NCBI RefSeq assembly: GCF_009914755.1
Contig: NC_060925.1
Source of the DNA: the human T2T-CHM13v2.0 reference genome, Homo sapiens
DNA: 64,000 nucleotides
Direction: 5' to 3' (one strand)
Part shown: piece after piece, positions 40,471-57,204 of the stretch
Layout of the letters: each line of letters opens with the position of its first letter
How positions within the stretch are numbered: position 1 is the stretch's first letter
Notes under the pieces: model-generated
Seen by the model: only the letters and a program-made list of their open reading frames with translations
What the model was told of the DNA's origin: nothing
Database searches by the model: none
Translations under genes and position numbers: made by a program

Positions 40471-43099
40471 ATTATATAATAATATTTATATATTTAGATA
40501 CATTTATATATTAATCTAATAATATTTATTATATAATGAATTTATTATATAATGAATTTATTATAATATGCAATATATATATTTATGTATTATACACACA
40601 CACATCAAGACTTGTTTCAATACTTGCCACACTGCACTCACTACTTCAAAGATATTATGTCATAAACTGCCCAATTCTAACAGATTCCCTGCCTTGAAAG
40701 ACTCACCTTAAAATCATTCAGGCGAGGCTATAAACTCTATAAATATATTCCTCTATAAAGTTCCTCCTCTGGACAACACATGAATCTATCAAGATAGTAT
40801 TCTCCCTTAATGCAATAGGTCTACTAAACATAGCTTTGTTCAAAGCTGATTTTTCTGGTGGTTTTGAAGAGGGGATGGTTTCAATTTACTGGAAGTTTAT
40901 TTGTCTGAATTAGTTACACATTTATCATTATTCAACAAGTATTTACCAGGCATTGTGCTTGGTGTCTGGGGCTGCATGCATTATTAACAAGAGAGACCTA
41001 GACTTAACGTTTGTGTCCTAACAGAACTTAGATCCTGTGAAATTCCTTATACTACAAGGACTCTAGGTAGAAAAAAAATGGTTTTCCAACTACTCCAAAG
41101 GTAGTTGACACAGGTGGTTGACAGTTGCTCTTGAACTTTTTTTTTCTATAGGAACTTGTAAGTAAGTAGTGATATACTGACGCATAATAGCACCTGCTTG
41201 CCATATGTTAAGAATGTACTAAAACCATTTCTGAGTTCAGTTCTCTTAGGCCATTTTTTTCTTATTCATTCTTGATCTTGAGCTTTTTTCACCACTCTCC
41301 TCTAAATACATAGGTGTACCTAAATTACATAGGTGTATTTTACCATACACCTATGAGAGGGAATCTAGGATTTGACTTCACTCATATACAGACCTGTTAA
41401 CTGTGAGTCTGAAGAGAGCCAGTGGCCTTCACTTGACTCACAATTAAGATACAGACGACAGCCCTTAGATTTATCCGGATGAAATAAATTCTGCTTTGGC
41501 TCCAGTATATCATGGTTCATTGACACTTCATTCTTGTGAATGTAATAAAGATAAAACAAATCTCACATTAAATCAATGGCATGCTTTTGTTGTTGAGGTA
41601 ATGCAACAAGGATTCAATCCTTTACTTCACTAAAAATAAGAAACCAATTTCATAGTTACAGTTTGTGGAAAAGAAAGCTGACATTTATAATTATTAGAGT
41701 AACTGTTTCCACGCAAATGCCCTTTCCATATTTGTTCACAAAAAGATTCTCAGCAGAGTTGATCTCATCACTCATTCATAGAGAATGGTGACGATTATGA
41801 AAAGCAGCAGGTGCTAGGGAGGAGAAGGCAACTTACTGACACTCCCAATGTATTTATTAAAGAAAGGTAAATTAAAAAATATATATATAGCTGTGTTTGA
41901 AGTGAGAGGCAAACTACTGAGAGTAAATTTTTGAAAGCACCTACTGTTTTTACACACGTGAATACAAATCCATAGGTTCAGAACTGCTCAAGTGCAAATA
42001 AGTGTGCCTATATTTGATCCTACAGTAGGGCAAATAGCCAACTATATAGCTAATTAATTACGTTAAGGGACAATTAGTTCAATATACAATTTTTGTTGGG
42101 AGGCCTCGTTTTTTGCACATAGTTACTGAGAAACCTCTGGAGATGTGACCAGCTTTTTTCTGAAAATGTTTGGCCTTGCTTCTGAAACAGTCGTGCACAA
42201 GCAGCTTAGTGCACCTGTGCTAAAAACCAATGGAAGGCATTCCTTTTCGGAGACTCAAATATAACTAAACATCTAGCTTCATTCTCTCAAAATGAGTGTA
42301 ACTAATTAGAATAGCAAAAACGTTACTTTTTATTACAAGACTGTGTTAACGCAGTTGCTTTAGTTTGCCATTATTCCTTAATAAGATACAATAAAATCAC
42401 CATAATGCATGTAAACAACTATCCTCTCTGGGATAAAACTGGATTAATGACATATTTCGTGTTTATAGAAACAAACACCATTAAGCAGCCATTCCTCTCA
42501 AGAGATTTTTCTTAACCAGGAACCAGGTACTTATTTTAGACATGAAAGGAAAACATAGTTAATAATATTGAAAGGTTATTAGTGCAATAGGATACTTATC
42601 ATCCTTGCACAATGGAGAAAGCAGGTTCATTTAAAAGAGTCATAAAGAAAATTTGCGTATTTATATGAAACGTGGGACTGTTGGCTTTCTATCTTTCAAG
42701 GTTTAGAGGTATTTTTAATTATGAATTCCCTTGTGATTAGGATCTGACAAAGAAGAAAAGAAATCATTTCTAAATTGAATACCTGAAGTATCCTTTGTTA
42801 ACAACTACATTTTTGAACAGCAAGATGGAAAACTCGGTGAGAAGGCATTTCCAGCTTAATTAACTTTGGCTTAAAAGTCATAGATAAATAAATTCTCCCC
42901 TTAGCATCATCCAGATATACCACATGCACCTCTCTCTGCATTATATACATGATTAGAATAAGCAGTATTCTTTAAAATGGACAGGCAGACGATTTCACAT
43001 ATTTCTTTGTGTTCTTTTGCTCACACTCTTCTTATTTTCAAATGAAAATGATTCCTCTTTATTAAAAGCAGATTTGGAAATCAAGAAGTAATAGCCCAG

Positions 43100-43868
43100 T
43101 ATATTAGTTTCCTATTGCTGTTGTAACAAACTACCACAAATTTAGTAGCTTAAAACATTATCCTTAGCAAACTAATGCAGGAACAGAAAGCCAAATACCG
43201 CACGTTCTCACTTATAAGTGGGAGCTAAATGATGAGAACACACGGACACACAGAGGGGAACAACACACACTGTGGCCTATTGGAGGGTGGAGGGTGGGAG
43301 GAGGGAGAGGATGAGGAAGAATAACAAATGGGTACTATGCTTAATACCTGGGTGATGAAATAATCTGCACAACAGACCCCCATGATACACGTTTACTTTT
43401 GTAACAAACCTGCACATGTACCTTTGAACTTTAAAAAAAAAAAAACAAAAAAAAAATCTTTCTAAATCTTCTGTTTTTGGAGGTCAGACATCTGAAATGG
43501 GTTTCACTGGGCCAAATCAAGGCATTGGCAGGATTGCATGTTTTTGGAGGCTCTAGGGGAGAGTCTTTTCCAGCTTCGTGAAGCTGCCTGCCTTCCTTGG
43601 CCGGTGGCCTTTTCCTTCATTTTCAAAGCCAGCAGTGGCATCACTCGGACCCCTGCTTTTGTCACTACATCATCTTCTCTGATTCTGTCATTCCTGCCTT
43701 GCTCTTACAGGGATCCTGGTAAACGCTGGGTCTACCTGTAAAGTCAGGATAATCTTCCCATCTCAAGAACCCTAACTCAGTAAGTTAGCCTATTAAGTCC
43801 TTTTTGCCACAGGTTTCAAGAATGAAGACCTTGGGCATCTTGGGGAAAGTAGTATTCTGGCCACCACA
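43100..43868. mobile_element. MLT1-family solo LTR interrupted by L1
   Basis: 'tattagtttcctattgctgttgtaacaaactaccacaaatttagtagcttaaaaca' resumes at 'tggaggtcagacatctgaaatggg' and ends 'ccaccaca'. Confidence 0.8.
43156..43456 (+). mobile_element. Older L1PA (about PA13-16) 3' end with poly(A)
   Basis: 'gttctcacttataagtgggagctaaatgatgagaacac...aacctgcacatgtacc' followed by an A tail. Confidence 0.9.
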
Positions 43869-46800
43869 CCCTAGACGATACTTATTTAGTTTCTGGTTGT
43901 TCACTTTATTCACATACATTGTTTTTCTTCTTCTATTTCTTGGTGCTTTTGTCAGAATGTGACATTTATCTTACGTGGGGTCTTAGTGGGTTTCTGGTGA
44001 ATATAACTCTTCTAATGATGAGTAGTATGATTCATTCAGTTATCTCTCCATTTTCATTATTCATTCATGAAGCTGATATTTACTCTCTATTTGGTGCATC
44101 CTGCTGGGTAAAAAGAAATGAATCAGTGATGAGTCACATCAGGATTCTTTAGAGGTGGACTAGTCCTTCTTTTTAAATGACTGCAAATTAGTTCTAAGAT
44201 ACAACATAGGATAAAAAACCATTACTCCCTTCCAGTTCCTTTGATTTGTGAAGTTACCAAGGTTACAGTGATAAAGGGAAGACAGCCTAAGTAGATGTTA
44301 AAACGTTAGGTTAAGAAAATAAACTAACACTTTACCACGAACCTGAAAAAAAAAATCCTTATTAAACATCTGCATGTTACCTTTTCAGAGCCATCATCGA
44401 TTGAAAACTCATTTTTTTAAATTAAGTATTTCATGGGAAAATCAAACAAGATAATCCATTATGAGGTAGGCCTTCTGATATCAGTAATTTTCAAAAAAAT
44501 AAAAAGCAATGCTACATGGAAAGAGGAAGGAGTGTATTTTGTGTGCAGCTCAATACAAGACAAACATTTATTTTAACATTTCATGAACTCTATCCATAAG
44601 TTTTATACAGACAGTTTTTTAAATGTGCTTTGATATGCTGTACAATGCAATAAGGTTTTCTAAAGGACCTAATGAATTTTGCAGTGTTCTATGTGTGTTG
44701 AATTTAATAAATAGAAATCTATGAGAAACTTTGAATCTTAAAGGTGACTGTTCAGTAGTTCTGCAGAAATTCTTTGAGTTTCAATCAAATGTCAACTGAT
44801 TGAAGCACCTTCTGTGATAAAACTGTGAAGCTCTGCACTTTCTGTTCCTTTCAAGCATGTGGCTTTGTCTTCTAGTAACTCCACTAAAAGCTTCCAGTTC
44901 AATGGATGAACTTCTTCTTTTACTTCACCAAGAAAAGGTCAAATTCTATTTTCCCCTCCAATCACCTCTCACCACTTGCAAGCACTGTGATGCAGGGTGA
45001 GTTATTGAAAATTCTATTTTACCTTGAGATGCTGCAGTTAGTGCTTTCAAGGCTTCTAATCAGAGTTGGCACTTTTCTGTCCCTGCTGATTCTTTTACTG
45101 CTGAAATCATTTCTCCTTTATTCTAGGTGTTTAAAGCAGTCTCAGAAAGGTTTCCCTCTGGATCTTCATGCATATTTACATGTTACTGTCTGAGCATATC
45201 TTATAATGGGCTGATCTGAAGATTGTTTTTATTTGGCGAAATGGTAAAGATATGAAATAGCTTACTATAAAGTAATGTAAGAGGATATCATCAAAGATAC
45301 ATACTCAGCACCTACTTGGCTTACAGAAAAAAGTGCCACAAGTATGCAAAATTATTTTATTAGATAACATATACATAACATGTAAATGTATGTGTATATG
45401 TTTGCATGTGATATATATGTGTGTATATGTGTGTGTAAATGCAATGTTTGCAAATTGTTTGCATTTCAAAATAGCTTCATTTGGGAGATGGACAAAGAAG
45501 ATTGAGATGGTGTTTATGACTCCACTATTTAAACATTTTGGTTAAACAAATTTCTCTTTTTTTGCAACATAGGTAATTATGACATCAATAATGTTAATTT
45601 AGGGGTTTGGTGAGTTTAGCTTAAGATACATATTTGTAAGGAATCCTTACTATTCAAACCAATTGACAACAATTAAGTCTATGGCAATCAATTGGTAGTA
45701 ATGCTTTAGTTTTGGTCACAATCATTAAATAGCCTCATGTTTGCTATAAGAAGATGATCACTTGTTCCAGCATAAAAATATTTCAATTCTTTCTAAATCA
45801 GCTAAATGCTACATTAATTATTTAACAGATGACACATATGGAGCCAAATTTTAAGCAACATTTAGCTGCATTGAATTATAAAATTATGAGGTCATTCTTA
45901 ATCTAAACCCATTCATTTATTCATTCTTTATTAGAGAACTCTTCCTATAATGCACTCCAAATGCTATCATGGAATTGCAACTATTCTAGGAGATAGGAAT
46001 AATTTTATGGCTCTGCAGCATTAACTGGATAAAGTTTGCATAGTTTCAATTACAGTACAGGCTGAGCTTCCATTTCTGTTGTCATCTACTTTATATTGAC
46101 TTCCAAATACATTGAAGAAACAAAGCAGAAATAAATACATGAAAGTAACTTAGACATAGAAAAAATGTTTATAAGCAGCCTTGTGTAGACATTCTTTGAA
46201 TACCTGCCTGAGATATGTCCTTAAACTGTCAAGACTGGTAAGTAAACCAGTAATTTTACTCACAATCTCAATGCTGAGTTTATTCTGACAAAAGCTTCTA
46301 GTGATAATTTATATAAGCCTCACTGTGACAAGGTTCATATAAATGTATTACTGTGATTCTAATGTAATCTCATGACTGTGATGTTATTTTAAAGACAAAT
46401 TCTGGAACATGTGAGTTCAAAGACATGCTGAAATCTATTCTCTCCTCTTGTGTCATGAGCTCTGGCTTCCAATGAGAGACAGTTATTTAGATGACACCTG
46501 GGGTTATGTGGTCAATTGTCAGGTTATTTAATAATATATATTTAGGAGGTATTTCATAGTATTAAAGGAAGAATAGAATTAAAATCTGAGGATTTTGTTT
46601 CTAATCTAGATCTGTCACTTATTGACTTATATAGTCATGGTATTTGTCTAAGGTTTCATCATTTCTAAATCAAGAGGCTGTACTCAGTGATATCAAAATA
46701 TTCTTCCAGCCTTTTTAATGGTTTTTGAATAATTCAGGCCCCTATTATCACATACTTGGCAGTAGCTAATAACATGTTGCCCTGCTTCCAATTTTCTGTC

Positions 46801-47294
46801 CAATTCATCCTGCATGGCGCCTTCAGAATAAGCATTGCAAAATATTTTATCTTGCTCTTTCCTTCTGAAGTTGTTGAATCCTTGATGACTCTAGGAAAAT
46901 GTTTAAACTCACCACATTCTCCTATCTGCCAACTTTACTTTTATTACTGAGTTACCTTATATACATCTTCTCTGCTACAGCCAGTTTACCAAAAGGAAAG
47001 CAAAGCAAACCAAAAACCAAATAACCAAACAACCAACACAAAAAATAGCTTTTCAGCTTTATACCTTGGATCAGAATAACTTTTCTCCTTCTTTCTGCAT
47101 ACTCAGTCTTATTTCTCCTTCACTTGTTTAGCACTTTGATATATAGAAAATGTTTCCGAATCTTCCCAGAATCTAGCCAGTAATTCTTTGAGTGCATAAC
47201 ACTTGGGATCTGTATTGTTCTCTTGACATGTCTTATGAAGATTCTTCTGTTCTTGGCTTAAATTGTAATCTGACCCTCATATACTTATGGTTTA

Positions 47295-47601
47295 CAGTAC
47301 TCCCTTCTTATCAGTGATTTCATTTTCTGTAATTTCAGTTACTTGCAGTATAGTACACTAAAATGTTTTATGAGACACAGAAAACATTCTCAAAATTTTA
47401 TTATAGTATGTTGTTATAATTGTTCAATTTTATTATTGTTAATCTCTTACTATGTCTAATTTGTAACTTAAACTTTGTCACACATGGCTATGTATGTATA
47501 GGAAAAAATATCACATACATAGGTTTTGGTACTATTTGTGGTTTCTGGCATTCACCGGAGGGTCTTGGAACATATCCCTCAGGTATAAAGGGGAGCTACT
47601 G
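47295..47601. mobile_element. MER44A (Tigger7-derived MITE)
   Basis: Termini CAGTACTCCCTTCTTATC and GGTATAAAGGGGAGCTACTG, flanked by a TA TSD (47293-47294, 47602-47603). Confidence 0.85.
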
Positions 47602-48554
47602 TACTTGTTCATATGCTCATTCCTTTTCTTCCTAACTAGAATACAGGTGTTTCAAGGAAAGAAACAATATATGTACTTCTTTGTTTTATTCTTGGCTCAT
47701 GCAGTGCTTTTATAAAAAAAAAAAATTCCATTCAGTAAATATTTGTTGAAGCGATCTACATCTTAGAACTGTTTTGTTTTCATAGAATTAACCTATTTTT
47801 GATGCAGAAAATAAAGTTGAATGAAATTCAAGCACACTTTTTTTTTTCTAGCAAGGTATTGTGAACTGTGAAGTAAAAAGATGTGGCTCAGAAAATGCTA
47901 ATAAGGATTTACATGTGAGATCCATGATTAATAATCAAATACTATTCTATCATTGTGTTCTTATTATTTGAGATTCTATCCATTAGATTATTGTTAACAA
48001 GCACTCTGTTTAGTTTGGTGCAACCCAAGTAAAACTGGGTCATCTGGCTCTTTCTTTAAGGCCCATTTAGCACAGCATCATGTCTAAAATAAACACAAAA
48101 TTTATACAAAACACTGAAAAATAATGTCTGAATTTCCAAAAGCTGTCTTGAAGATACCGAGAAATGTTTTCAAGATACATAGCAATAAGATACATAGCAA
48201 AATGTTCTAAATTTGTATCCTAAAATATGTTTCTTAGCAAACATTTCTAAAATTTCTTTGTAAATATCTGAATATTCTCATTCTCTAGGAGTCTTTGGTG
48301 ATTTTATTCTCTTTGTTTCTTCTTTTTTCCTATACTGCATTTTTTACACATTACCTTGATCAACACCACAAAATCTCCAGAGCAAGTCAACACAAAGACT
48401 CCCAAGCAGCGTTGGGGAGGGAGAAGCTGTGAATACCTACACTTTAATATCACCATCTGTGTCATCTATTCTTCCTCATCTCTGTGTTATAGGTGCTAGT
48501 ATCCCCAAGCTGAAGACAGAAGTGTGAAGGTTAGACTATATTACTCGCCCAGGG

Positions 48555-49116
48555 TTACTGTTCCAATTAATATCATTGCACAACCACTCTAGAGCTTAGT
48601 CATACACAACAACTACTTCATTAATCTTACAGATTCTATGAGCAGGACTTTGGATGGAATGCAGCAGGGATCTGATATTTGGGGCTAGGGTGACTGGATG
48701 TCTGGGCTATAATCTTTTGGAGACATCTTCACTCACGTGTCTGGCAGTCGATGTTGCTGTTGGTTGGACTCTCAGCTCATCTCTTGGCAGGAACACCTAC
48801 CGGAGGCTTCTCCATGAGCTCCCTTTACGTGGAGTAGTTTGGGCTTCCTCACAGCATGGTGGCTGGGTTCCAAGGATAAGCACTAGAAGAAAGCAAAGCA
48901 GAAGAATGGGCCATTTTTATGATCAAGCCACAGAACTTATACGTGTTACTTTTGTCATAGTCGGTTGATTGAGCAATCATAAAGATCTGCCCAGTTTCAA
49001 GGGGAGGAAATATATACATCGCCACTCTAATGGATGAAATTCAAGATGTATTATATGAAGATCATGAGGGATGGGAAATATTACTGCAGTCAGATCTTAG
49101 AAATACAATCTTCCAT
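48555..49116. mobile_element. MLT1F/G-like solo LTR
   Basis: 'ttgggcttcctcacagcatggtggctgggttcc' and end 'aaatacaatcttccata'. Confidence 0.7.
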
Positions 49117-49147
49117 AATCATAGAGGATTGAACAGCAGAATAGGGC

Positions 49148-49490
49148 ATTTTAAAAACCACTTTATTGAAATATGATTGGCATACAAAAAGCTGTACATA
49201 TTCACTCTATATGACTTGATGAGTTTGGAGATAAGTATACACAAGTGAAACTGTCACCACAGTGTATGCCATAAACATATCCATCACCTCCAAAATGTTT
49301 CCTCCTACCTTATGAATAAACAATTTTTGGTATGATTAGTTAACACTTAATATACACTCTTAGCACATTTGTAAGCATATAACACAGTATTGTTATTATA
49401 GGCACTATGTTGTACAATAGATCTCTGGGAATTATTCATCTTATATTATTAAAACTTTGTACCCCATGACTGGTATCTCTCTTTCTCCCT
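49148..49490 (-). mobile_element. L1MA/MB 3' end fragment
   Basis: 'ctttattgaaatatgattggcatacaaaaagctgtacatatt...ctatgttgtacaatagatctct'. Confidence 0.75.
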
Positions 49491-49984
49491 TAGAGTAGGA
49501 ATTTGAATCAAGTTTTTTCTGACTCCAATTCCTAGCACTTTTAATCAGTATTCTAAAATCCATTCTTGTAGTGCCAGTAAAAATTCTGTTATAATATAGA
49601 ATTTTATTCATTACATTTCAGATATCAGTAAATAATTCAGAATGATATGTATTTGCAAAAATGTTGAGTTAAACTAGAAAAATTGGCCAAAAATTATTTT
49701 AAATCTAACATTTCTTAAATAATTATGGGTAAGACTTTATCTTCTTTACAAACCACATATTTCTAAAATGGTTGTGGAATTTTGGCTTACATTATGTTAC
49801 TCTGATATTTTTAAATGCAATGTCAAATATACTTCAGTGCTTAAAACATGAAGCAAGCTTGAGTACATTCAGTTTGGCAGCTTTGCTGTGACTCCATTGT
49901 TATCTATTCACTGGGTCAAATACTGTGGTTAGTGGAGAAGCCTATTAGGAGATTTCTTTGATGCATGTACACATAGGTTACTGA

Positions 49985-50215
49985 TTAATAATAATAGTGT
50001 TTATTGGGTACTTACTGTGTGCCATGTTTTTCTAATGATTTATCATTTTGAATCCTGTTAATAACTGTATGAAAAAGGTACTTTTTTTTTTTTTACTTTT
50101 TATAGATGCAAAAGCTAAGAAATATTTTGATAATTTATTCAAGATCCCACAGCTGGGCAGAGGTGGGATTTGAACCCAAGCAATTTGATTCAGATTGTGT
50201 TTGTAAACCGAGAAC
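49985..50215 (-). mobile_element. MIR SINE (source copy of the local duplication)
   Basis: 'tttattgggtacttactgtgtgcca...ggcagaggtgggatttgaacccaagca'. Confidence 0.75.
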
Positions 50216-51869
50216 AACACACACAAACACTATTTTATCTGCTTCTCAGTATGTCTGAAATATAAAGGAGTCCCATTTACTTTTTGATTATTTAAACCCC
50301 AAATATTTCCAAGATGACAATGATCACCCCTTGCCTATCTTGCCTTAAGGGGTGAGATTGTGCAATATTGTAATGATTCAATGCTCAAGAACATCTCTAT
50401 GAAGTCACTGTAGTGCAGCAAATATTTGGAATATACAATTTCTTTTGTTACTCATTAAGCTCTATGGGTCATAGTTATCTACATTTTATAAATGAAGAGC
50501 AGCTTCAGGGCTACAATGGGACACAATTTATTACTTTCATTTCACAAAGTAAAGTTAATTGTGCCTTTTCACTTTTGTGCCTATTTCACTTTTTCTTGCC
50601 CCTCAGTGCCACTCCCTATAGTACACACACACAAACACGCACTAGCACTCAGAGTGAGGGTAAGAATGAGGACTGAGGAATGAGATCACAGAGTTGGACT
50701 GATTGTTTATTTTAGCTATGCTTTTCAGGCTTCTTAAATTTATACTAATGTCAAACAAACTGGTCATGGAAGATTAAAATACAAATAGCCTATGCTCAAT
50801 TTCAGTTTAATCTGTCAGCTAACCTCTTACATATTATTGCAGCCTCTGGTGAGTAATGAGTGTTAACACCGGGGTGATTTGAAAACCACTGCTTCCTTGA
50901 CTTAAACTTCCTGAGAATAAATACAGGATTAATTATAAGCAGTGTTATATGACAGTGTAAGGAAATGGCCTGTAGAATACCACCCCTGAAATGTCAAAAA
51001 GGTGGTAAATTTCCTTTTCTACATAGTCCAATAAAAAGCTCTCCCTACACCTCATTTTTAATCGACAAGAATCCCTTCTTCATCTACAAGCACTCTTCAT
51101 TGATTCTAAAATCTGTTTCCAAGGATCTAACCATAGAAATTTTTACCTGAACCATGAATGATTAATTTATGTCAGGGTATTGTTTTCAGAACATTTTGAT
51201 GAGCTATTAGCATTCAGGTTAACACAGGTTACCCTCGCAGCTCACCACTCACATGTTACTTGCAGACTATACTACTGTCATTTTGAGCTTTTAACTCTGG
51301 ATATCGTCTTGTAGTGCTACCTAGAATGCTGCATACAGTTTTGGTTGCTGCACTGCAAGACAGACACCATAGCACTAAAGAAGGTCCAGGGTAAATAAAT
51401 GAAAATGGAAAGAAAAAATCTTTCAAATATGTAGGTACTAAGAAGATCAGACAATGTTTAAAAATAAAAGTGTTAAAAGATATGGTGAATGGGGGAATGT
51501 GGTTGAAGTCCAGATGTAAACAGGTAAATCCATAATGAAAAAGGACATTCTATTTGTGGAGGTAACTTTAGGGATTTTTAAAAAATGGTAGTGAGGTTTG
51601 AGGGTCCTGCATCATGTAGTTAAACCTAGAACTGACTAAAAATATAAATTGATTAAATAATTTTAAGTAACATTAAGAATATTATATACATAAGTTGTTA
51701 AGAGGAAGCCAGTCGGATTCAGGGCACGTTTCTAATGTTTTGAGATCAACAGCGTGGTGGACGACCATCGTGTTCCATCACAAAACGTCTTCTGATGACA
51801 CTGTCAGAAGAACATGTTTACCCCACATGATACTGCTTATGTCTTTAACTTCCTTGACTCCTCCTTTGT

Positions 51870-52220
51870 TGCTAGGTTTGAATGTTTTTGTATATTCTAA
51901 AACTCATGTTCAAATTTAATTGCCAAGGTAACAGTATTGAGTTGGGACCTTTAAAAGCGATTAAGCCATGAATTAATAAATGCTGTAATAAGAAAAGGCT
52001 TACGGGAGTGGGCACTCTTTCTTTGCCCTTTTGCCATGTAAACATGAAGCCTTTCTTCCCTCTAGAGAACATAGTATTCAAGGCACCATCTAGGATTGGA
52101 ATTGGCAAACCTGCATTGATATTGCACTTCCCAGCTTCCGGAACTGTGAGCCAATAAATTTTTATTCTTTGTAAGTTACCCAGTCTATGGTGTTCTGTTA
52201 TAGTAGCATAAAGGGGATAT
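51870..52220. mobile_element. MSTC/D-like MaLR LTR
   Basis: 'ggtttgaatgtttttgt...aaaactcatgtt...gaactgtgagccaataaattt...gttctgttatagtagca'. Confidence 0.7.
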
Positions 52221-52981
52221 TACATTCACTCTTCTCTACATGGTAATATTTACAAATTACTTATAGCCTCATTTATTATCTGATTCCTTTCTCTTCATAG
52301 TCCTGACAAAAGAATGCATAAGATTTTGTAATTGATCCAAAGACCAGTATTATCAAGAAAAAGTTCATGGAAATGGTTATAGCCAAGCTCTATTGACAAA
52401 TGTAATTCAACGTAGCGTATTTGATCTATATTTATGTCTGCATCTATATTGATATCTATACTTCTATGTCAATATCTATACTTCTAACCTCTTAACCATA
52501 GTGTCAGGAGATCTATTTCTTTGGCTTATGAAAATAAGTCTTGCTAAATTTATACTAAAGGCTTATATTTTTAATCTGACTCTTTTGCATTTCTTCCTTC
52601 TATTGACTCTAGCTCACTGAGTGCCTAGGGTGCATCAAAAGATCAGTGTACTGGGACACCTGACATAAGAATCTGCTGAATGTGCCAGCAAGGAGCTAAT
52701 GATTCAGCAGAAATGCCATGAATGATGAAGCCAGGCTTGCCAGTTGCTGTGCTTTAGTTTTCCTGTTGACCTTGAGTAAGTTCAGAATCAGCATTAGGCA
52801 ATTTAGCACTTACCTGCTGAGTTCCAAGTGCTCATCTTACCTCATGTGATACGGTAAATTTGGCAAGTGCTCTGTACTAGTAGTTTGGCATTTAAGGAAA
52901 ATCAAGCTATAATCATGTTGAATAGCAAAGATATTAGGACTGAGAAGCAAATTTTAGACTTTAATACATAGAAAGAATGTT

Positions 52982-53130
52982 ATGGTTTATCATTTTGAAT
53001 CCAGTTAGTAACTGTATGAAAAAGACACTATTATTTTTTTAATTTTTACAGATGGAAAAACTAAGAAATATTTTGATAATTTATTCAAGATCACACAGCT
53101 GGGCAGAGGTGGGATTTGAACCCAAGCAAT
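52982..53130. repeat. Direct duplicate of 50035-50184 (MIR-derived)
   Basis: Shares long near-identical runs with 50035-50184, e.g. 'ctaagaaatattttgataatttattcaagatc[c/a]cacagctgggcagaggtgggatttgaacccaagcaat'. Confidence 0.9.
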
Positions 53131-55399
<2,269 letters not shown>

Positions 55400-56086
55400 T
55401 AGATAGAAGCAAAACAAATACTGAATAAAAATAAGTTCCCGTGATTTAGTCAAAGCATTTCTGATGAGTGTCAGAGAAGACAGTCACATGTTGACAATTG
55501 AGGACAAAAGCTGGGCACAGCAGAAAATTATGCTTGCATCTTATGACAGGATATTACATTTGCTTCACTTGCTCCTTATGTCTGAGACATATTGAATGTT
55601 CCTTAATATGTCTTTGTTCCCCCAAGCAAGTGTGCCTTGACCCAGTTACAGAACATTTGTGGCAATTTTAGATGAAGGGTTGAGAGAGAGGGTCATGGGA
55701 TGGAGATAGTAACAGAAAATTTAATTTACTTTGTAGATCTTCATGCTTGTTCCAAGACTTCTGGCATAGTGTTGATATAGTTTTGCTTAGCCTGAGTCTT
55801 TATTTTAGCTTGAGAAATAGCATTTATTAAAAAATAACAGTTTCACCGGGCTATCTTTGGTGAAAGATTTTATTTGAAAATAGGGATTAATCTAGTCAAA
55901 CTTAATTCATAAAGTGCTAAAAAATAAGCAATAGTTACGGATACTGTTCAATTTAATATAAGCAAAAGGATGTTATTGGGTTGTGACTTGACAGAAGACC
56001 CCTTATGAGGTGCTTTGGGGAATAAAATACTTTTAATAAAAAAGCAAAAACAAAATCCCATAACTTACTGTTAAAACAATGATGTT

Positions 56087-56405
<319 letters not shown>

Positions 56406-56654
56406 TTAATTAAAATGATCTTAAGTAATTCTCATTTATCTCCAGTCTCCAAATAACTACATGTACATAGAATCTTAACATGGCAGAGAAGATAGAGCCT
56501 GTCCATTTTGACTTGGAAGATATTACATACGTACACTTACTAAAATTCATACCCGAGCTGAGTAAACTTCAGAATTGTGCTAAAAAGTGAAAACTGGCAC
56601 TCAAATTGGTAGGCAAAAGAAGTTCACTGAAGTTATTTGTTTTAGGGAGGTAGA

Positions 56655-56820
56655 AAAGTATTTTTCAAATTTTGCTATGCCTAGAATCACCTAAGCTCTT
56701 GGTAAAAATGCAGATTCTGATTCAATAGGTCTGAGATGGCACCTGAGTCTGTGTGTCAGACTTCCAGTCAGGGGCAGTGCTGCTGGCCTGAGGATTATAC
56801 TTTGCGTAGGAAGGGACTGT
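56655..56820. mobile_element. MER5A-like MITE
   Basis: 'tagaatcacct...aaaatgcagattctgattcaataggtctgagatggcacctgag'. Confidence 0.65.
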
Positions 56821-57204
56821 AGGAAAACTCATCTATGCATATCCTAGGATTAAGTCCTAGTTCCATTTATTAGCTGATTTGCCTTGGGCAACTCTCTGAA
56901 TCTCTCTGATCTGTAGTTTATCAATAAAACAGAACACAAAACCTATTTAATAGGAAAAGTAGAAACATAACAAAATATAGGTAATTTTTTGCATTACCTC
57001 TATGAACCATGTCAATAACTATAAAAGTAAATGCTTTTTGAGATTAAATAAAATTATAGAGAGCATTATCATTGTTTACTATTTTTGATGGGATGTGGCC
57101 ATTTTTGGCAAGAATCTGTTGAATTCTTCCAGATATAGGAAAAAATAGAATTATATATTAAATTGGATGGAAATAACTGAGAGCCTCAATAATCACAGAC
57201 CTTC

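Noticed and set aside
51793-51860. TGATGA as a C/D snoRNA C box
   Set aside because: No suitably placed CTGA D box or terminal stem.
52805-52872. AGCACTT/AAGTGCT inverted motifs resembling a miRNA hairpin
   Set aside because: Pairing covers only 7-10 bp, with no extended pre-miRNA stem.
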